Origin: the human T2T-CHM13v2.0 reference genome, Homo sapiens
Length of the DNA stretch: 64,000 bases
Strand: one strand, 5' to 3'
NCBI RefSeq assembly: GCF_009914755.1
Contig: NC_060940.1
Of the stretch, positions 32,100 through 51,078 are shown one piece after another. The notes under the pieces are model-generated. The model was given only the letters and a program-made list of their open reading frames with translations, was not told the DNA's origin and did no database searches. How positions within the stretch are numbered: the stretch's first letter is position 1; each line of letters opens with the position of its first letter. Position numbers and translations under genes: made by a program.

Positions 32100-32330
32100 T
32101 AGCTTGACACTGGAATTAGATTAACCAGGATTTGAATCCTGCTTTCCCCATTTACTGGTTACAAGATGTTGGGCAAGTCACAAAACCTCTCTGAGCTTTA
32201 GTTTCCTCATCTAAAAGAAAGGCAAAAGCTAATAATTTCTGCCTCATAGGATTATGGTGTGGAAAAAGTGAGGTTCTACATGTAAAGCTCCTGTGGCTGG
32301 AGCTGTGATAAATAAATGTTAGATACTGTC
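32100..32330 (+). mobile_element. MIR SINE
   Basis: ttgggcaagtcacaaaacctctctgagctttagtttcctcatct core. Confidence 0.85.
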
Positions 32331-32971
32331 ATAATTAACCATCTGAAGGCTGCTGCTTCAGGAGCTGTTAGAGCCATCTTACATAGCTTCATTCTTACAG
32401 ACTGAAATCTGTAAAAATAGATCATGATACCTTTACATTATTGGGACAAAGTTTTTACCCTTCATCCCACCCTATCCACCACCCACAATGCCACCACCCC
32501 CTCCTCCTCCTCTGCGGAGAGAAGCCATCCTCCAGGCTTTGAAAAGTGGGGAAATGAAAAGTTGCAGAGTTGACCCAGGAAAGCCCCAGGTTGTGTGTCC
32601 CAGGCTTGTCCTAAGAGGTGTCACCTTCATCTGCTCTAGGACCTTCTGCTCCTCAGCCCACATTGGTAAGCATTTCCAACCCCTATTAGACTTACTCTGG
32701 GGTCTTAAAAATATACATTTCACTGATTTTACTGCGCATGTTCTTCCCTGCCTCTTCTTCCTCACATGCCCCTTCCTCACTTTTGTATCTAGGATAATTA
32801 GGTTATATTTTGACCTACGAGTGCTCAGACCTAGCCAGCACTATCTGCTGCATTATCTGCATCACCATCCTGGTTCAGAACCAAGTGTGGGCTGGAAGGA
32901 AGGACTTCAATGCTCCCATCCCAATAAATACTTATTTTCTGATCGTAACACTCTTTGTGAAACATCAGATC

Positions 32972-33648
32972 TATACTGGTTTCCTAGGGCTGCCATAACA
33001 AATGACCACAAACTTGGAAATTTAAAGCTTCCAAGAAAGAATGCTTCCTTGCCTCTTCCAGTTTCTGGTGGGTCCAGGGATTCCTTGGGTTGTCTGTTTT
33101 CTCCTCTCTGCGTCTTTTCCTTATCTGTCTCTTATAAAGACATGTGTCATTGGATTCAGGTCTTTCCCTGACAATTAGGATGATCTCATTTCAAGATCCT
33201 TTACTTTGCTGAACAGAGGTTACTAGAGGGTGGAAAGGGTGGGGCGGAAGGTGGGGTATAGGTATATTGTAAAGGATATAAAATCTCAGCTCAGGAGGAA
33301 TAAGTTCTAGTGTTCCATAACACTGTAGGATGACTATGGTTAACAATAATATATATTTTCAAATATATATCCAAATAGCTGGATGAGAGGATCCTGAATG
33401 TTCTCAGCATAAAGAATGTTTTAGATTACGGATATGCTAATTACCGTGATCTGATCACTATACATTGTGTATATCAAAACATCACTATGTATCCCACAAA
33501 TATGTACAATTATGTGTCAATTTTAAAAAATGAATAACAAAAATATTCTTAACTTGTTTACATCTACAAAGACTCCTTTTTCAAATAAATTAACACTCAC
33601 AAGTTCTAAGTGGGAATATCTTTTGGGGCCACCATTCATCCTATTCCA
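32972..33648 (-). mobile_element. MLT1B/C LTR interrupted by an L1MA 3' end (33206-33540, + strand)
   Basis: ggtttcctagggctgccataacaaatgaccacaaactt; L1MA part gaggaataagttctagtgtt...atgtacaattatgtgtcaatt; LTR resumes at tacatctacaaagactcc. Confidence 0.82.
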
Positions 33649-34294
33649 AGATCCTAATGAGTCCCATGAGACCTGTGGCATGCCTTTCTTTCAGCATCCA
33701 GCTCACCTCACTCCTTCACCAAAACAATGCCAAGAATGAGAGAAAAGCTTCCATTCCATTCCACAAGCCAGATCTTCCCATTCCATTCCCAAACTCCACA
33801 TTTTGCAGAAACCCAACCCTGGTAGAGGGGGTTTGGGGAGTGATATGGGGAAATAGAATAAACTTCCAGGAATAAAAAGGTCCCCTGGTCTCCTCCCTAA
33901 GTCATCGGCTTCCTATGGAAAAAGGATCACTGCATGGGACACGCTGCCCATCCCATTATTCACTCTCTCCAGCGAGGCCGAGGCTGAGGAATAGGCAGAA
34001 TTTGGCACTTTCCAAAAAACATTTAATATTTACCTTCTAGGAACAAAATTTACATTTTCAGATAAATCTAGGAAGTGCTGAGTTAAATAAATTCAGGCAG
34101 GTTTCTCTATTGCAGGACTGGAGCTCTCAATACAATATACTATGAATAGAGGTAGAAACAATTTGCATTATTTCCTAAATTTACAAGATCAGAGAACCTG
34201 TTTATTTGTGAGGCATCTGATGGCCTTAGTGTTCTTCCAAATACACAATGGGAGACTCTGGTGTAGATGATTCTATGCAATAAGTAGCTGTCAA

Positions 34295-35020
34295 GCCATC
34301 AGGGACATGTAAATTAAAACTACAAAAATACACCTCTTTACACTCACTAGGATGACTATAACCAAAAAGGCAGTAACAACCACAATTGTATTGGTGAGGC
34401 TGTAAAGCAACATGGGCCCTCATACTTAGCTGGTGGGAATGTAAAATGGCCAGTTGCTTTGGAAAAAACTTGGCAGTATCTTAAAAAGGTCAAATTTACC
34501 TATGACTCAGCAGTTCCCACTCCTAAAAATACGACATATGTGCACACATAAATGGTTATATCAGCTTACTCATAATAGCCCCAAACTGGAAAAAACCCAA
34601 ATGTTCATTCACCGGTGAGTGGATAAATAAAATGTGGTATATCCATACAATGGTATTATTATTAGCTAGTAAGAAAAAGGAGTGAAATACTGACACATGT
34701 GTGAACCTCGAACACATTATGCTAAGTGAAAGAAGCCAAACACAAAAGACCGAATAGTATATAATCCCATTTCTATAAAATGCTCCAAAAAGACTCATAC
34801 AGAGAGACGACAACTAGGTAGTGGTTGGCAGGGACTGAGGATGGATTAGGGATTCACTGTAAATGGGCATGAAGGATTTTACTGAAGTGATGAACGTATT
34901 CTAAAGCTGAATTGTGGTGATGGCTGCATAACTCAGCAAATTAACTAAAAATTAAATTGCACACTTAAAATGGGTGAATCTTGTGGTAGGTAAACTACAC
35001 CTCAATAAAGTTGTTTATAA
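34295..35020 (+). mobile_element. L1MB/L1ME-type 3' end
   Basis: catcagggacatgtaaattaaaact...aaactacacctcaataaagttg. Confidence 0.85.
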
Positions 35021-35994
35021 AATGTGCTATCACGGATGGATGAAATAAAATCGTATTAACCTACAAAAGATACCTATCAGGCTATTTTCTCAGCCCTACG
35101 CTTGTCCAAATGAAGGTGCTGAGCAATCAGCTTTGGAAGTAAAGTTTCAAGAACCAGGTTTGTCATCATAGTTGGGAAAGTTGAGCAAGCTGCATAAAGT
35201 ACCTAACCATGAAACACCTACCTGTGTTTTGAAGGAGGCATTGAGGTATTTTCTATTGAAGGATATCCCCCATATGGAGGAATTTGCAAACTGAAAACAC
35301 TTGTGATGAATCCCTAATTTCACTCTGTACCCTGGACAAAACAAGACCCAGCCCATAGAATTTATTTAAATGGTGGAATTGATTAGAATTCCAGGACCAA
35401 TGCGAGAGAAGTTCTAAGGGAGAGAGATTGGGCTCTTTGATCTGCCTGGTTCCACTCTGACTTCATTCTAATTAGCAAAGCTTTTGAGGCAGACTGATAA
35501 GCATTCCGGGCACCGCACATGTCTGGCCACTGGCTAATTAATTAATTTTTGACTTTGAACAGTGACACTTAATTTGAAAACTTTCTACCATCCATGGATG
35601 AACGTGGAAAAGTAGGGCAAAAAGATGTAAAAATATGCTAAAGGTGCCATTTCAAATCCAGCTGATTTCCAAGAGGGCAAAATGGGTCAGTGAGTTAAAT
35701 AAAGAGATGGACTGTGGGGAAGGGACAGGGGAGGGTGTGCTATGCCAGCTCTGCTTCTGCTGTGCTGTGTGTGTGGGCTTAGCCATCGATCCTCTCTGTT
35801 CTCTCAGTGTTTTCTCAGTCATTTTATTTGAAAATTAGGCGTCTCCTCGGCACCCTCATTTATTGAGAAATGACTGTGTGCATTGCCCATAGAGAGAAAA
35901 GGGGCAGAAAACAAAAACCATTTACAGAGAGGAGAATAGGAGGGTGGACAAAGCTTATAACTGCGCAGAGAGTTTAAGTGAACACTGTTCAGAT

Positions 35995-36216
35995 CAGAGG
36001 TCTGCAAACCACATCCCAAAGGCCAAACCAGCCTCCTACCTGTTTTCATAAATATAATCTTGTTGAAACACAGCCATGCCCAATTTGTATATACGTTGTC
36101 TAGGGTTTTCATGCTACTATGGCAGAGCTGAGTTGGTATGACAGAAACTGTACGGCCCACAAAGCAGAGAATATGCACTCTGTGGCCCTTTGCAGAAAAT
36201 GTCTGTCAGCCCCTGA
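35995..36216. mobile_element. MER58A remnant
   Basis: cagaggtctgcaaac...ttgaaacacagccatgccca...tgtcagcccctg. Confidence 0.85.
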
Positions 36217-37399
36217 TCTAGATGGAGTCAGAATTATGCCTTCTTGGTGTAAGTAACTAAAGGGACACCCAGAAATCTTTTTTTTTTTTTTTAATCTTGA
36301 AAGCGCTTCTTTTTCTAACAAGGAGGGAGCTAACGTTTTTCTTAGCACCTCTGTGTGGCTGGTGCAAGGGCCCTTTCTCAAAGATTAGCCTCATCCCAAA
36401 TCTTTGAAGTAAAGATGAACATGCTTATGTCAGAAAAGGCAACTGAGAAAGCTAATAACTTACCTGCAAGTTACAGAACTAATGTTTAAACCAGACTTAC
36501 TTATCTGCAATATGATGCCTCCCTGCTATGTCAACATTAAGAGGAAGATTTTGGCAAGAGCCTCTGTCTGACATTCCCTTTGTAAGGGTCAAAGGGCTTT
36601 GGGAATAGACTTTAGAGTAATATATTTGAGCATATTTACGCAATCATCTGTGTGCCCACTCTATACTCCAAGCTTGGAGAGAAACCCTTCTATTAATCCC
36701 CCTTTCAAGCAGGTCTAAGTATCCCAGACCATAATATTTAACAAACCTTTATCAAACAGTTGGGGACTTCAAAATTTTTCACAGAGAGAAACTCATTGCT
36801 GTCACTGGAGTTACTGCCTCTCCAATGGAAACTCTAAAAATTTAGGTCCTTAATCTCCCTAGACCCAGATGTAAAAAGAAGTCCCTTCCTCTCTCAGCCC
36901 AAGGTCTTATTTCCCGTATCAGGATGGATGGCCATAGGAACAGACCCTTTCTTCAGAAGACACCCCCACTCCAACCACACAATGGTCTTCATCCTCCAAG
37001 GTACAGACAAGGCATTCAAAACATCTACAGAGTACTTCTAAAAGCATGGTTCATTCACTACCCTAAGGGCTATGCCAAGACTAGTCTAACTCAAGTTCAA
37101 AGTCCTTTTTCCAGCCTAAAATGGAGACATCAGGTCTGATTATATTTCCCTCTCAGCAAGACTCTGTTCCCCTGATCAACTATAAACAAACTTTTGGAAA
37201 AAGAAACCCAGACTTCTCGCAAGCAAGTAAGCTTCAGGTATCATTCAACCGAAATCCAATTTGAGAGAGTAGCAAGTTTCCTCTAACTCCACAAAGGCAC
37301 AGTCCTGCTAAACATAATCTCATTTTTCATCATTAAATAGAACTCTGAGTATTTCAGGCTGTAGCTTCTGCATTTAATATTGACAAAGATTACTAAGAG

Positions 37400-37600
37400 C
37401 TCATATGGCACCCATGTGCAAATTAGAAAACAGCACCTCCTCTCGGCAGGTGCTTCTGTTAAAATTAAAGTGGTCCCTTCTCTGGGTGAAGATGCCCCAC
37501 CCACACTGGGATGCAAGGCTGGGCAAAGAGAGCAAGGGCTGGGCTTCAATGTCACCATTGTGCAGTGAGCAACCTGCGCAGCCATCCATGACTGTACTTG
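37400..37600. mobile_element. MER91-type remnant
   Basis: tgtgcaaattagaaaacagcacc and tgtgcagtgagcaacctgcgcagcc. Confidence 0.6.
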
Positions 37601-37869
37601 GTTTTCTCGAGGAACACTAGTCATTTTCTTTACAACTGGGCCTTATATCCAAAGGCCCATTCTGATGACTTTCATAAACAAAGTTGCCTGTAAAATGTAA
37701 AATTGATATCCACCCCTAAAGAAAAACAAATGTTGAGATTTTTCTACAAAATAATTTGAACAACCTGAGTTGAATTCACAAGTCAGCCAACCGCCAGCTG
37801 TGTGATTAGACAAATTCCCTGTTCATCCATAAAACGGAGGCATCAATCCCCGTACTACTGAGATCTCAG

Positions 37870-38142
37870 GAATCCCAGCACTTTGGGAGGCCGAGGCAGG
37901 CAGATCACGAGGTCAAGAGATCAAGATCATCCTGGCCAACATGGTGAAACCCCATCTTTACTAAAAATACAAAAATTAGCTGGACGTGGTGGTGCGCTCC
38001 TGTAGTCCCAGCTACTCAGGAGGTTGAGGCAGGAGAATTGCTTGAACCCAGGAGGCGGCAGTTGTAGTCAGCTGAGATCACGCCACTGCACTCCTGCCTG
38101 GTGACAGAGCAAGACTCCATCTCAAAAAAAAAAAAAAAAAAA
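37870..38142 (+). mobile_element. AluSc-like SINE lacking its first ~25 nt
   Basis: gatcacgaggtcaagagatc diagnostic; A tail. Confidence 0.95.
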
Positions 38143-38449
38143 GGAATACTTAAAATCTCTAAATAGACAATGCAAAATGACTTGGTAAACATAAAACGGT
38201 CTGTGGATATTAAGCAGTAACCACATAAAAAGACAGAAACAGCAAATGGTATCATTGGTGCTTCCATGGAAAGACATTTCTCTTATTCTTGATGTTTTTG
38301 GCCACAGTATTCTTCCAGCAAAAATCTGAGAAGGGCCATTACTTGTCCCTGATTTTCCAAAAAGGTCATCCAAGCAATAAAGGGTTTCCAATGTGGAAGA
38401 TAATTAGCTCCCAGAGCCTTCCCATTCCACCTGATCAATTAGACTAAGT

Positions 38450-39300
38450 ACTAAACACTCCCAAGCCTGAAGTGCATAAAATTGAATTGTATGTATGCTT
38501 TCCTGTTATAGAATGGTAATGTGCTGCTTTCAGAATCTCTCACACGAGCTGGGAGTAATCGGAAATTTTTTTTTCAAGCTACCTCCCTGCCTGGTGATAA
38601 GGCACCGGCTAGCTGGATGTGTTTGACTAGGATTTTTAATTTCTTGGGGGGGAAAAAAACCAACAACTGCAATATGGGTTTTTGTTTGGCTCATCAGTGT
38701 TGCTTTAAAGACTTCTGTGGAATGCCCAAATTGCAACTGGGCTGTCTTAACAGTGCCTTCCACCGCTGGAATCTGCAATCCAGAATCAGTGACTGTGCCG
38801 GGGATCAGCACCAAACGCAAGGCCGGCCCATTTTTCTTTGTCAAACGCTCCCCGTGACAGGAGGAGATGTTAGACAGCAGTGCAGGATTTTTCTTAGCAA
38901 CCCACCCAAGCATAGATGTACCCCTCTCTCCTAGGAGACAAGTTATTAAAAAGATGTATTTTTGAAAGCAACCTTCTCTGCATGCAACATCAGTGTCAAC
39001 AAATAAAGGGGGAGGGAAGGAAAGGCAAAGGGAGAGCTGTCCAGAGAGAGGAAGGAAAATGCCTCTGTGGGCACAGTTTAAGAAATGATCAATGCATGTG
39101 TCAAAGGCTGTGATAAGACACACTGAGCTTATCAAAAACGGAAGCTCCAATGACAGAGTTCACATGTGACAGGAAGATAAGAGAAGCCGGGTTTTTCCTC
39201 TCCCTCTTTTCTCTCCCCAAAGACCCTGTTTTAATTTCCCACTCTGCATGTTACATTTTCAGGCCCAACAGAGACCACCTAACCTCGTTCAATTCCTTTT
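38450..39300. promoter_or_regulatory. Candidate enhancer (repeat-free; GATA/MEIS/ETS cluster)
   Basis: Motif content only; see findings. Confidence 0.4.
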
Positions 39301-39565
39301 CTAATCTCACTGTAAATGTTTCCAGGAGACTCTGATTTGCAGACGCTGACCTCAGTGATATTTGGGGAAATAATGTGCAAGTCCCTGTTGGAGATCCAAA
39401 ACGCAGCTGAAGGTTTCAGAAAACACTGAACATCTCAAAAAGGAGTGTTAAGAACACTGAGCTGGAAATTAAACATGCACATACATCTTGGCTCGATCAT
39501 AAACACACTCTGTGTTCTTGCATAAGTCACATCACCTACCAGAAATGGAGTCTCCTCTTCTGTAA

Positions 39566-40790
<1,225 letters not shown>

Positions 40791-41715
40791 GTGAGCTAAG
40801 AGTTAACTTCAGGCATTAACTTTACGAAAGAGCATAGCTGTATCAATGTTCAAAGAATAATGGAAATGTTTTCCTTAAATTCCCTTTCCTCAAAACATGC
40901 AGCTCTAATTCTTTTTCCCATCCAACTCCACATTCCATTCATAACACGAATAATTCTGCATATTTGTGGAGAAGTTTTAACTTTTCAAAGTACTTACACA
41001 TTTAAATGTCCCTTTGAAATTTACAAAAAAAAAAAAAAATCTGCAAAATGGGAGAAGCAATAGCATTAACCTCTTGGTAAATGAGATAAACCTTAAAACA
41101 CAAACCCAGAGAAGTGAGTTAAACTACACAAGGTCACACACCATATTGATCTCCGTTCTCTTTCTGGCCTCAGTGGCACCACTCTTTGGGGTGGCATCAC
41201 CTGTTGGGGATCATTCAGTCTCAGGAGTAGGGATGGGTTAGAGTCATTTACAAAGCCCACTGCACCCCACCAGAATAGGGACCTACTATAAGAACCCTTT
41301 GTGAGGACTGTCATTTTCTATTTCCACTCTTGCACAAGTGATTACTCTAGAAGGGGAGAAAACAGCTGTTCCCATACCACCCTTGATGAGAAAGAAACTG
41401 ATTGAGCTAGAAGTTTGCTGAGCTAGAGCCAGTCAATAACGTTCAATTCTTTATCTCCTATTCATGGAGTCCCAACACTTTCAGGGGCAAGATGCAAGTG
41501 AATGGAGCTTCTTTGATACAGTAATTCAGAGAATAGGACAGTGTATTCACAGGTTTAAATGTCAATGATGAAGACTAATACAACTGAAGAAAAATGAGCC
41601 TTGTTTAAAACAAAGAGAGAAGTTCTCAAACTTTAGCATAAATCAGTATGTTACCTGGAGGGCTTGTTGAAACCCCGATTACTGGCTTCCACTTCAGAGA
41701 TTTTGATTCCAGTAG

Positions 41716-42209
<494 letters not shown>

Positions 42210-42373
42210 TCCAGGCTGTCTTTCTAACAAGCCTCCAGTGATGCTGACGTTGCCAGTCTATGGACCACAGAAAGCAATGAGACTCCAAGCCAAGTGTCTC
42301 TCAAAGGGATGTTCAACTACCCACCATAGAGTCACAGCAAGCTTATTAAAAATGCAGACCCCAGAAGGAAGAC

Positions 42374-42733
42374 TGGTTTTAGACCATTCAAGCTATTATA
42401 ACAACTTACCATAGACTGGGTGTCTCAAACATAAATGCACTGTTCACAGTTCTGGAGGCTGGGAAATCTAAGATCCAGGTGGTGGCAGATTCAGTGTCTG
42501 TCTGGAAGTCCCCTGGCTTACAGACAGCTGTCTTTTGGCTATATCCTCACCTGGTGGAGGGAGCAAGGCAGCTCTCTGAGGTCTCTTTTGTAAAGCCACT
42601 AATCTCATTCATAAAGGCTCTACCCTCATGACCTAATCACCTCCCAAATGCCCCCACCTCCTAACATCATCACATTGGGGATTAAGTTTGAGCATTTAAA
42701 TTTTGGGAGGAACATAAACATTCAGTCTACAGA
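42374..42733 (-). mobile_element. MLT1A/MSTD-type LTR
   Basis: cacagttctggaggctgggaaatctaagatc...aacattcagtctaca; TSD aagac. Confidence 0.85.
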
Positions 42734-42823
42734 AAGACCTACTGAAACGCTCTAGTCACGGACCCAGGAATCTGCTTTTAACAAGCATATTGAGTGACCC
42801 TAGAATTTTAATTCATGGCCCTA

Positions 42824-43299
<476 letters not shown>

Positions 43300-44600
43300 T
43301 TAGTACTCACCTGCTTTTCACAGTCTGGGTACCACAATCTTCCCTTTAAGCTTTCATAGGATCCTCCCAACTTAGATGTCAACATATAACAACACGTAAA
43401 GGAGTTCTTTAACTCCAAAATTCTGACAAAAAGTTTAGTTGAGAATGACAGGACCCATGCTATAAACACACTTGCCATACAGACTTCTGGACGATACAGT
43501 ATAAAGACTGCACAGTGGGTTAGCACATCAGTGCCCAGTTTTGTCTCTCTGCAAGCAGGGCCATCTCAGGGGCTTGCCTTAAGCCCTGGCTCTCTTAAGT
43601 TTGCACCAAAGACGGGATTATTTGAGTGCCTTGGACTCACTAAGTTGCAGAAACCCTCTAAAAAGGGAGAAAGAGAGAGCCAGTAACCCTACTTAGCTTT
43701 GGGGTGACACAGTCTTCATGCTGGAGACTAGCTGGGATTTTTAGCTGAGCCAGAGTGAGTTGGGTCATCATCAGTTGGACATCCCTGTGGACATCAAGTC
43801 AGTTTCCCTAACCCTGCAAATAGAGAAAGAGAGTGGGAGGAAAGAAAGGAGGAAGGGGAAGGGAGGTGGGAGACAGAAAGAGGAAATTGTGCCCTCATTA
43901 CAAGATGACATTTGGAATAATGTAGAAATTGAAAACAAACGTCGAACAACTTGCAAATTGCATTTTCCTGGGACTTTTCTCTTGGCATTTTTGTTTGTTT
44001 GCTTTAATTGAAAGCTGTGTGTTTCAATGGGCTCACGTGCCATGCCATGACCAGTTATTCCAAACGACTTGGGCTGCATGATGCTCTGTTTCTTGTCAGT
44101 TGCAGAGCACATTTTCTGTTTCAGGAACTACAGTACAATCACTTTCTAACTATCATATAGCACCGAAATGGCTTCGGCACTCAGGTGCAATGGCACTTCC
44201 TGAGTGATTGGGAGGGTCGTGCCTGGGTCAAAGATGCAGAGGGGCCATGAAAGGCAGATGGCTTCCTGGGTCACTACCTGGGGAAAAAAAAAGTCAGAAA
44301 ACTGAACTGAAAAAACCAGCTTCGGGGAACAGAACACAGTACTGAGGGGTCCTCTGACCCTATAGTCAGAAAAGCAGGACAAAAGCCTAAGAATGTGGCT
44401 GGAGCATTGGAGGAATTGAGGCAAGAAACAGGTATGAAGCCACTTATGTTATTTCTAGACAGGTTCCAACCACCCCATCATCTTTTATGTTCTTGAAACT
44501 GGAAGCTTGTACCAATGCATCCCCCAAATGGGAAAAGTTATATAAGATTACTGAACCCAAATATTAATTATTTTTACCTTACCACAGGTAAAAACAATTT

Positions 44601-44604
<4 letters not shown>

Positions 44605-44632
<28 letters not shown>
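44605..44632 (+). repeat. (CA)n microsatellite
   Basis: Directly visible. Confidence 0.95.
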
Positions 44633-44633
<1 letters not shown>

Positions 44634-44853
44634 GATTTACTTACTGTGATAAGAGTTGATACAGAAATTGCTATATGATTGACACTGGACCAATAATCTG
44701 ATTTACTCCTTGCAACCACCATACAATGTAGGTATTATTTCTGTTATTGTTTCCATTTTACAAAGCCAAAAAAACTGACACTGAAATAGTTTATCCAAAG
44801 TAACAACAGAAGTCATAAGAGGCAAAGCAGAGACCAAAACCTGGGCTGCATGA

Positions 44854-45465
<612 letters not shown>

Positions 45466-45479
45466 TAATAAGATGCAGT

Positions 45480-46500
<1,021 letters not shown>

Positions 46501-46523
46501 AAATAATTAGAAAAAAAGAAATG

Positions 46524-46867
<344 letters not shown>

Positions 46868-48151
46868 TCATTTAGTCTTTGCAAAATGGCCTCCGTTCTC
46901 CCTCCTCAAGTGCTATGATGTCACCTCAGGCACAGGAATTTTCATTCTTTTAAAACAGGGTCTGACATGCAGGAGCCACTCAGTAAATACTCGCTGCATA
47001 GAGCAAGATGGGCGACAGGCAGACACGGATTCATATCTTGACTCAGTTATTGTAGAATCATCAGTTTACTTATATGACTTAAATATATTACAATGAGTAA
47101 TAATACCTATGGCAGACGTTGCTATTTGGCTCCCCAATATCTGTTTCAATTCCCCTCTCTTGCCACCTTCCACTATAGCAGCTGGGAAAAGTTACTTTCT
47201 CAGAGGCCCCTTGCAGCCAGGTGTGGCTCATTAGACTTTAAATGACTGTGTGTGTCATTGTCGTTGGGGATGGAGCGTTAGGAGAGTGATTCTGGAAAAC
47301 ATTTTTACTCTACTGATAAAACGAACAGTGCAGCTGATGCCATTTCTGCTTCCTTCTTCCTGACTTGAATGTAGATGTGATTTAAGGAATGCAGCAGCCA
47401 TTTTGTGGCCATGTGGAAAATATCACAAAACAAGAAGTTCTGGCCTGTCATTGCTTTGGTTTATAACTCTTTCCTTTTGGGTCTCCCAAACCATATCTAA
47501 GTTCTATTATTACATGACTGGAAGAGTGAGGGGCACCTCTGGACAGCCCCTGCTTTAGCCTCAGTTCTAAATATCCACTTAGTCCCTCTTTTCATGGATT
47601 CATTGGAAAATCCGAAAGCAGCAGTCCCAATGGGAAATAAATGGGTCTAATTTCAGAAAAGACAAGCCCATTTCTCTTCTCCCCAGCAATCTCATAATAC
47701 TATGGTAATAACCAATAATGATAGCAGGTAATTAATACATATTCACCACGATCAATGTCTCTCACCATAATCCCATTCGTCTATCCATGATCTTTGTGGA
47801 AGAGGAAAATTTCACTGTGAGATATTCCAGAAACAAGCAAATGGTCCTTCCACTGGCTGCCTCAATGTCAATTCTCTCTGTTCTTTCAGAACAGGAAGTC
47901 AGAACACCAAGCAATCACAACAGCATGAAGGTCTCCTGCCTTGCTCTACAGAGGGACATCTATTGTTCTGACCTCCAGCAGGTTTGATTTAAACTGACAG
48001 AGACAGGTTCCCTTTAGGCACCTGGGAGAATCATGATGCAGAAGGTCCTGGAATCTGATGGTAATTTCCAGTTAGTGATCAGGCAGAATGAAATCCATGG
48101 TGCAGTAGGATGCACTCCTAGAAGACAGCTGAGATTAAAGAATGGGACATG

Positions 48152-48462
48152 GAGCTGGGCACGGTGGCTCACGCCTGTAATCCCAGCACTTTGGGAGGCC
48201 AAGGCGAGCACATCACCTGAGGTCAGGAGTTCGAGACCAGCCTGGCCAACATGGTGAAACTCCGTCTCTACTAAAAATACAAAAATTAGCCAGGTGTGGT
48301 GATGTGCACCTATAATCCCAGCTACTTGGGAGGCTGAGGCAGGAGAATTGCTTGAACCCCGGAGGTGGATGTTGGATGTTGCAGTGAGCCAAGATTGTGC
48401 CACTGCACTCCAGCCTAGGTGACAGTGAGACTTGGTCTCAAAAAAAAAAAAAAAAAAAAAAA
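48152..48462 (+). mobile_element. AluSx/Sq-like SINE
   Basis: Full-length; ggacatgg duplicated at the flanks. Confidence 0.95.
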
Positions 48463-48489
48463 GGACATGGGAAGAAGAATTGGGAGAGA

Positions 48490-49689
<1,200 letters not shown>

Positions 49690-50029
49690 GGGAATGAGTC
49701 ATGGGGATATTTTTTAAATGAAAAAAACTCCACATACACATGAATGAATGAGTACTCACAACCTTTCCCTTTTCCACACTCTAAAAGGGTTTTTGGTTCA
49801 TTCTGTTTGGGGGTTGTTTTTGTTTGATTCCGCTTTGGGGGTTTTGCCTTTTGTTTCTTTGTGCTCAAGCAGCTGCTGATCAAATCTGAGCATTTCCTGT
49901 GTTAATGAGAACAGTATTGGTAATTATTATTATGCTAATATTTCATCAGCGCTTATAGCAAGCCCTGTGCTGAGCTTTGTAAGCCTCACAACAACCCAGT
50001 GAAAAAAGGTACCAGCATTATTCTTCTTT

Positions 50030-50570
50030 TGACATTTGAACCAGAGCAACTCCATCTTGAATAGGAGCTGGCTAAAATGAGGCTGAGGTCCACCGGGCTG
50101 CATTCCCAGACAGTTAAGGCATTCTAAGTCACGGGATGAGATAGGAGGTTGGCACAAGATACAGGTCATAAAGACCTTGCTGAAAAAACAGGTTGCAGTA
50201 AAGAAGCCGGCCAAAGCCCACCAAACCAAGATGGCAAGGGAGTGACATCTGGTTGTCCTCACTGCTACGCTCCCAGCAGCCCGTGACAGTTTACAAATAT
50301 CATGGTAACGTCAGGAAGTTACCCTATATGGTGTAAAAAGGGGTGGCATGAAAAATTCACCCCTTGTTTAGCACATAATCAAGAAATAACCATAAAAATA
50401 GGCAACCAGCAGCCCTTGGGGCTGCTCTATGGAGTAGCCATTCTTTTATTCCTGTACTTTCTCGATAAACTTGCTTTCCCCTTACTCTAGGGACTTGCCC
50501 TGAATTCTGTCTTGCACGAGATCCAAGAACCCTCTCTTGGGGTTTGGATCAGGACCTCTTTCCGGTAACA
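50030..50570 (+). mobile_element. MER41 (MER41A-like) ERV1 solo LTR in a MIR
   Basis: tttgaaccagagcaactccatcttgaatagg...cacgagatccaagaaccctctcttggg...ccggtaaca; 4-bp TSD cttt. Confidence 0.92.
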
Positions 50571-51078
50571 CTTTCACACGTGAGGACATGGAGGTTTAGA
50601 GTGACTATTCTTGCCTGTGTCACTTAACTGGTTAGTTGTGGAGCCAAGGTACAAACCCAGGGAACAAGACTCTACCTCTTCACCATATCACTGAGCTGGA
50701 CAGAGCTGAAGCAGGGAAAAGTGACAGAAAGGCTAGAATGACTTACCCTGGAAAGGTCAGGGAGCTTCTCTGACAGATTAAAGAAATATTTAAAAGGATA
50801 CAGTAAGGGGACATGGAACACAAGAGCTGCCCACAGCTAAGTTTATGAGAAAAGTCAGAAGGAGGGAGATTTGGAAGAAACTAATAAGGAATTGGACTCA
50901 CTGCCCAGCAGGCTAAAGGAGCTGGAAAAGGGAGAGAGGGAAGATAGATGATAGCAAAGAAAGAAGGGAGAGGGAGGCAAAGAAAGTGAGGGAGGGGAGA
51001 GATTGATTAATTTAGTTATACATAATCCTGTGCATGAGCCCTTTCAGCAGTTTTAAGAGATGCAGTCAACACTGAAGC

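Noticed and set aside
32488-33171. 227-aa ORF starting with polyproline
   Set aside because: Starts in a low-complexity C-rich patch, runs into an MLT1 LTR and has no recognisable domain.
38521-39150. Overlapping 137-aa (+) and 206-aa (-) ORFs
   Set aside because: They start at GTG and TTG, with no recognisable homology or exon structure; the region is better read as regulatory.
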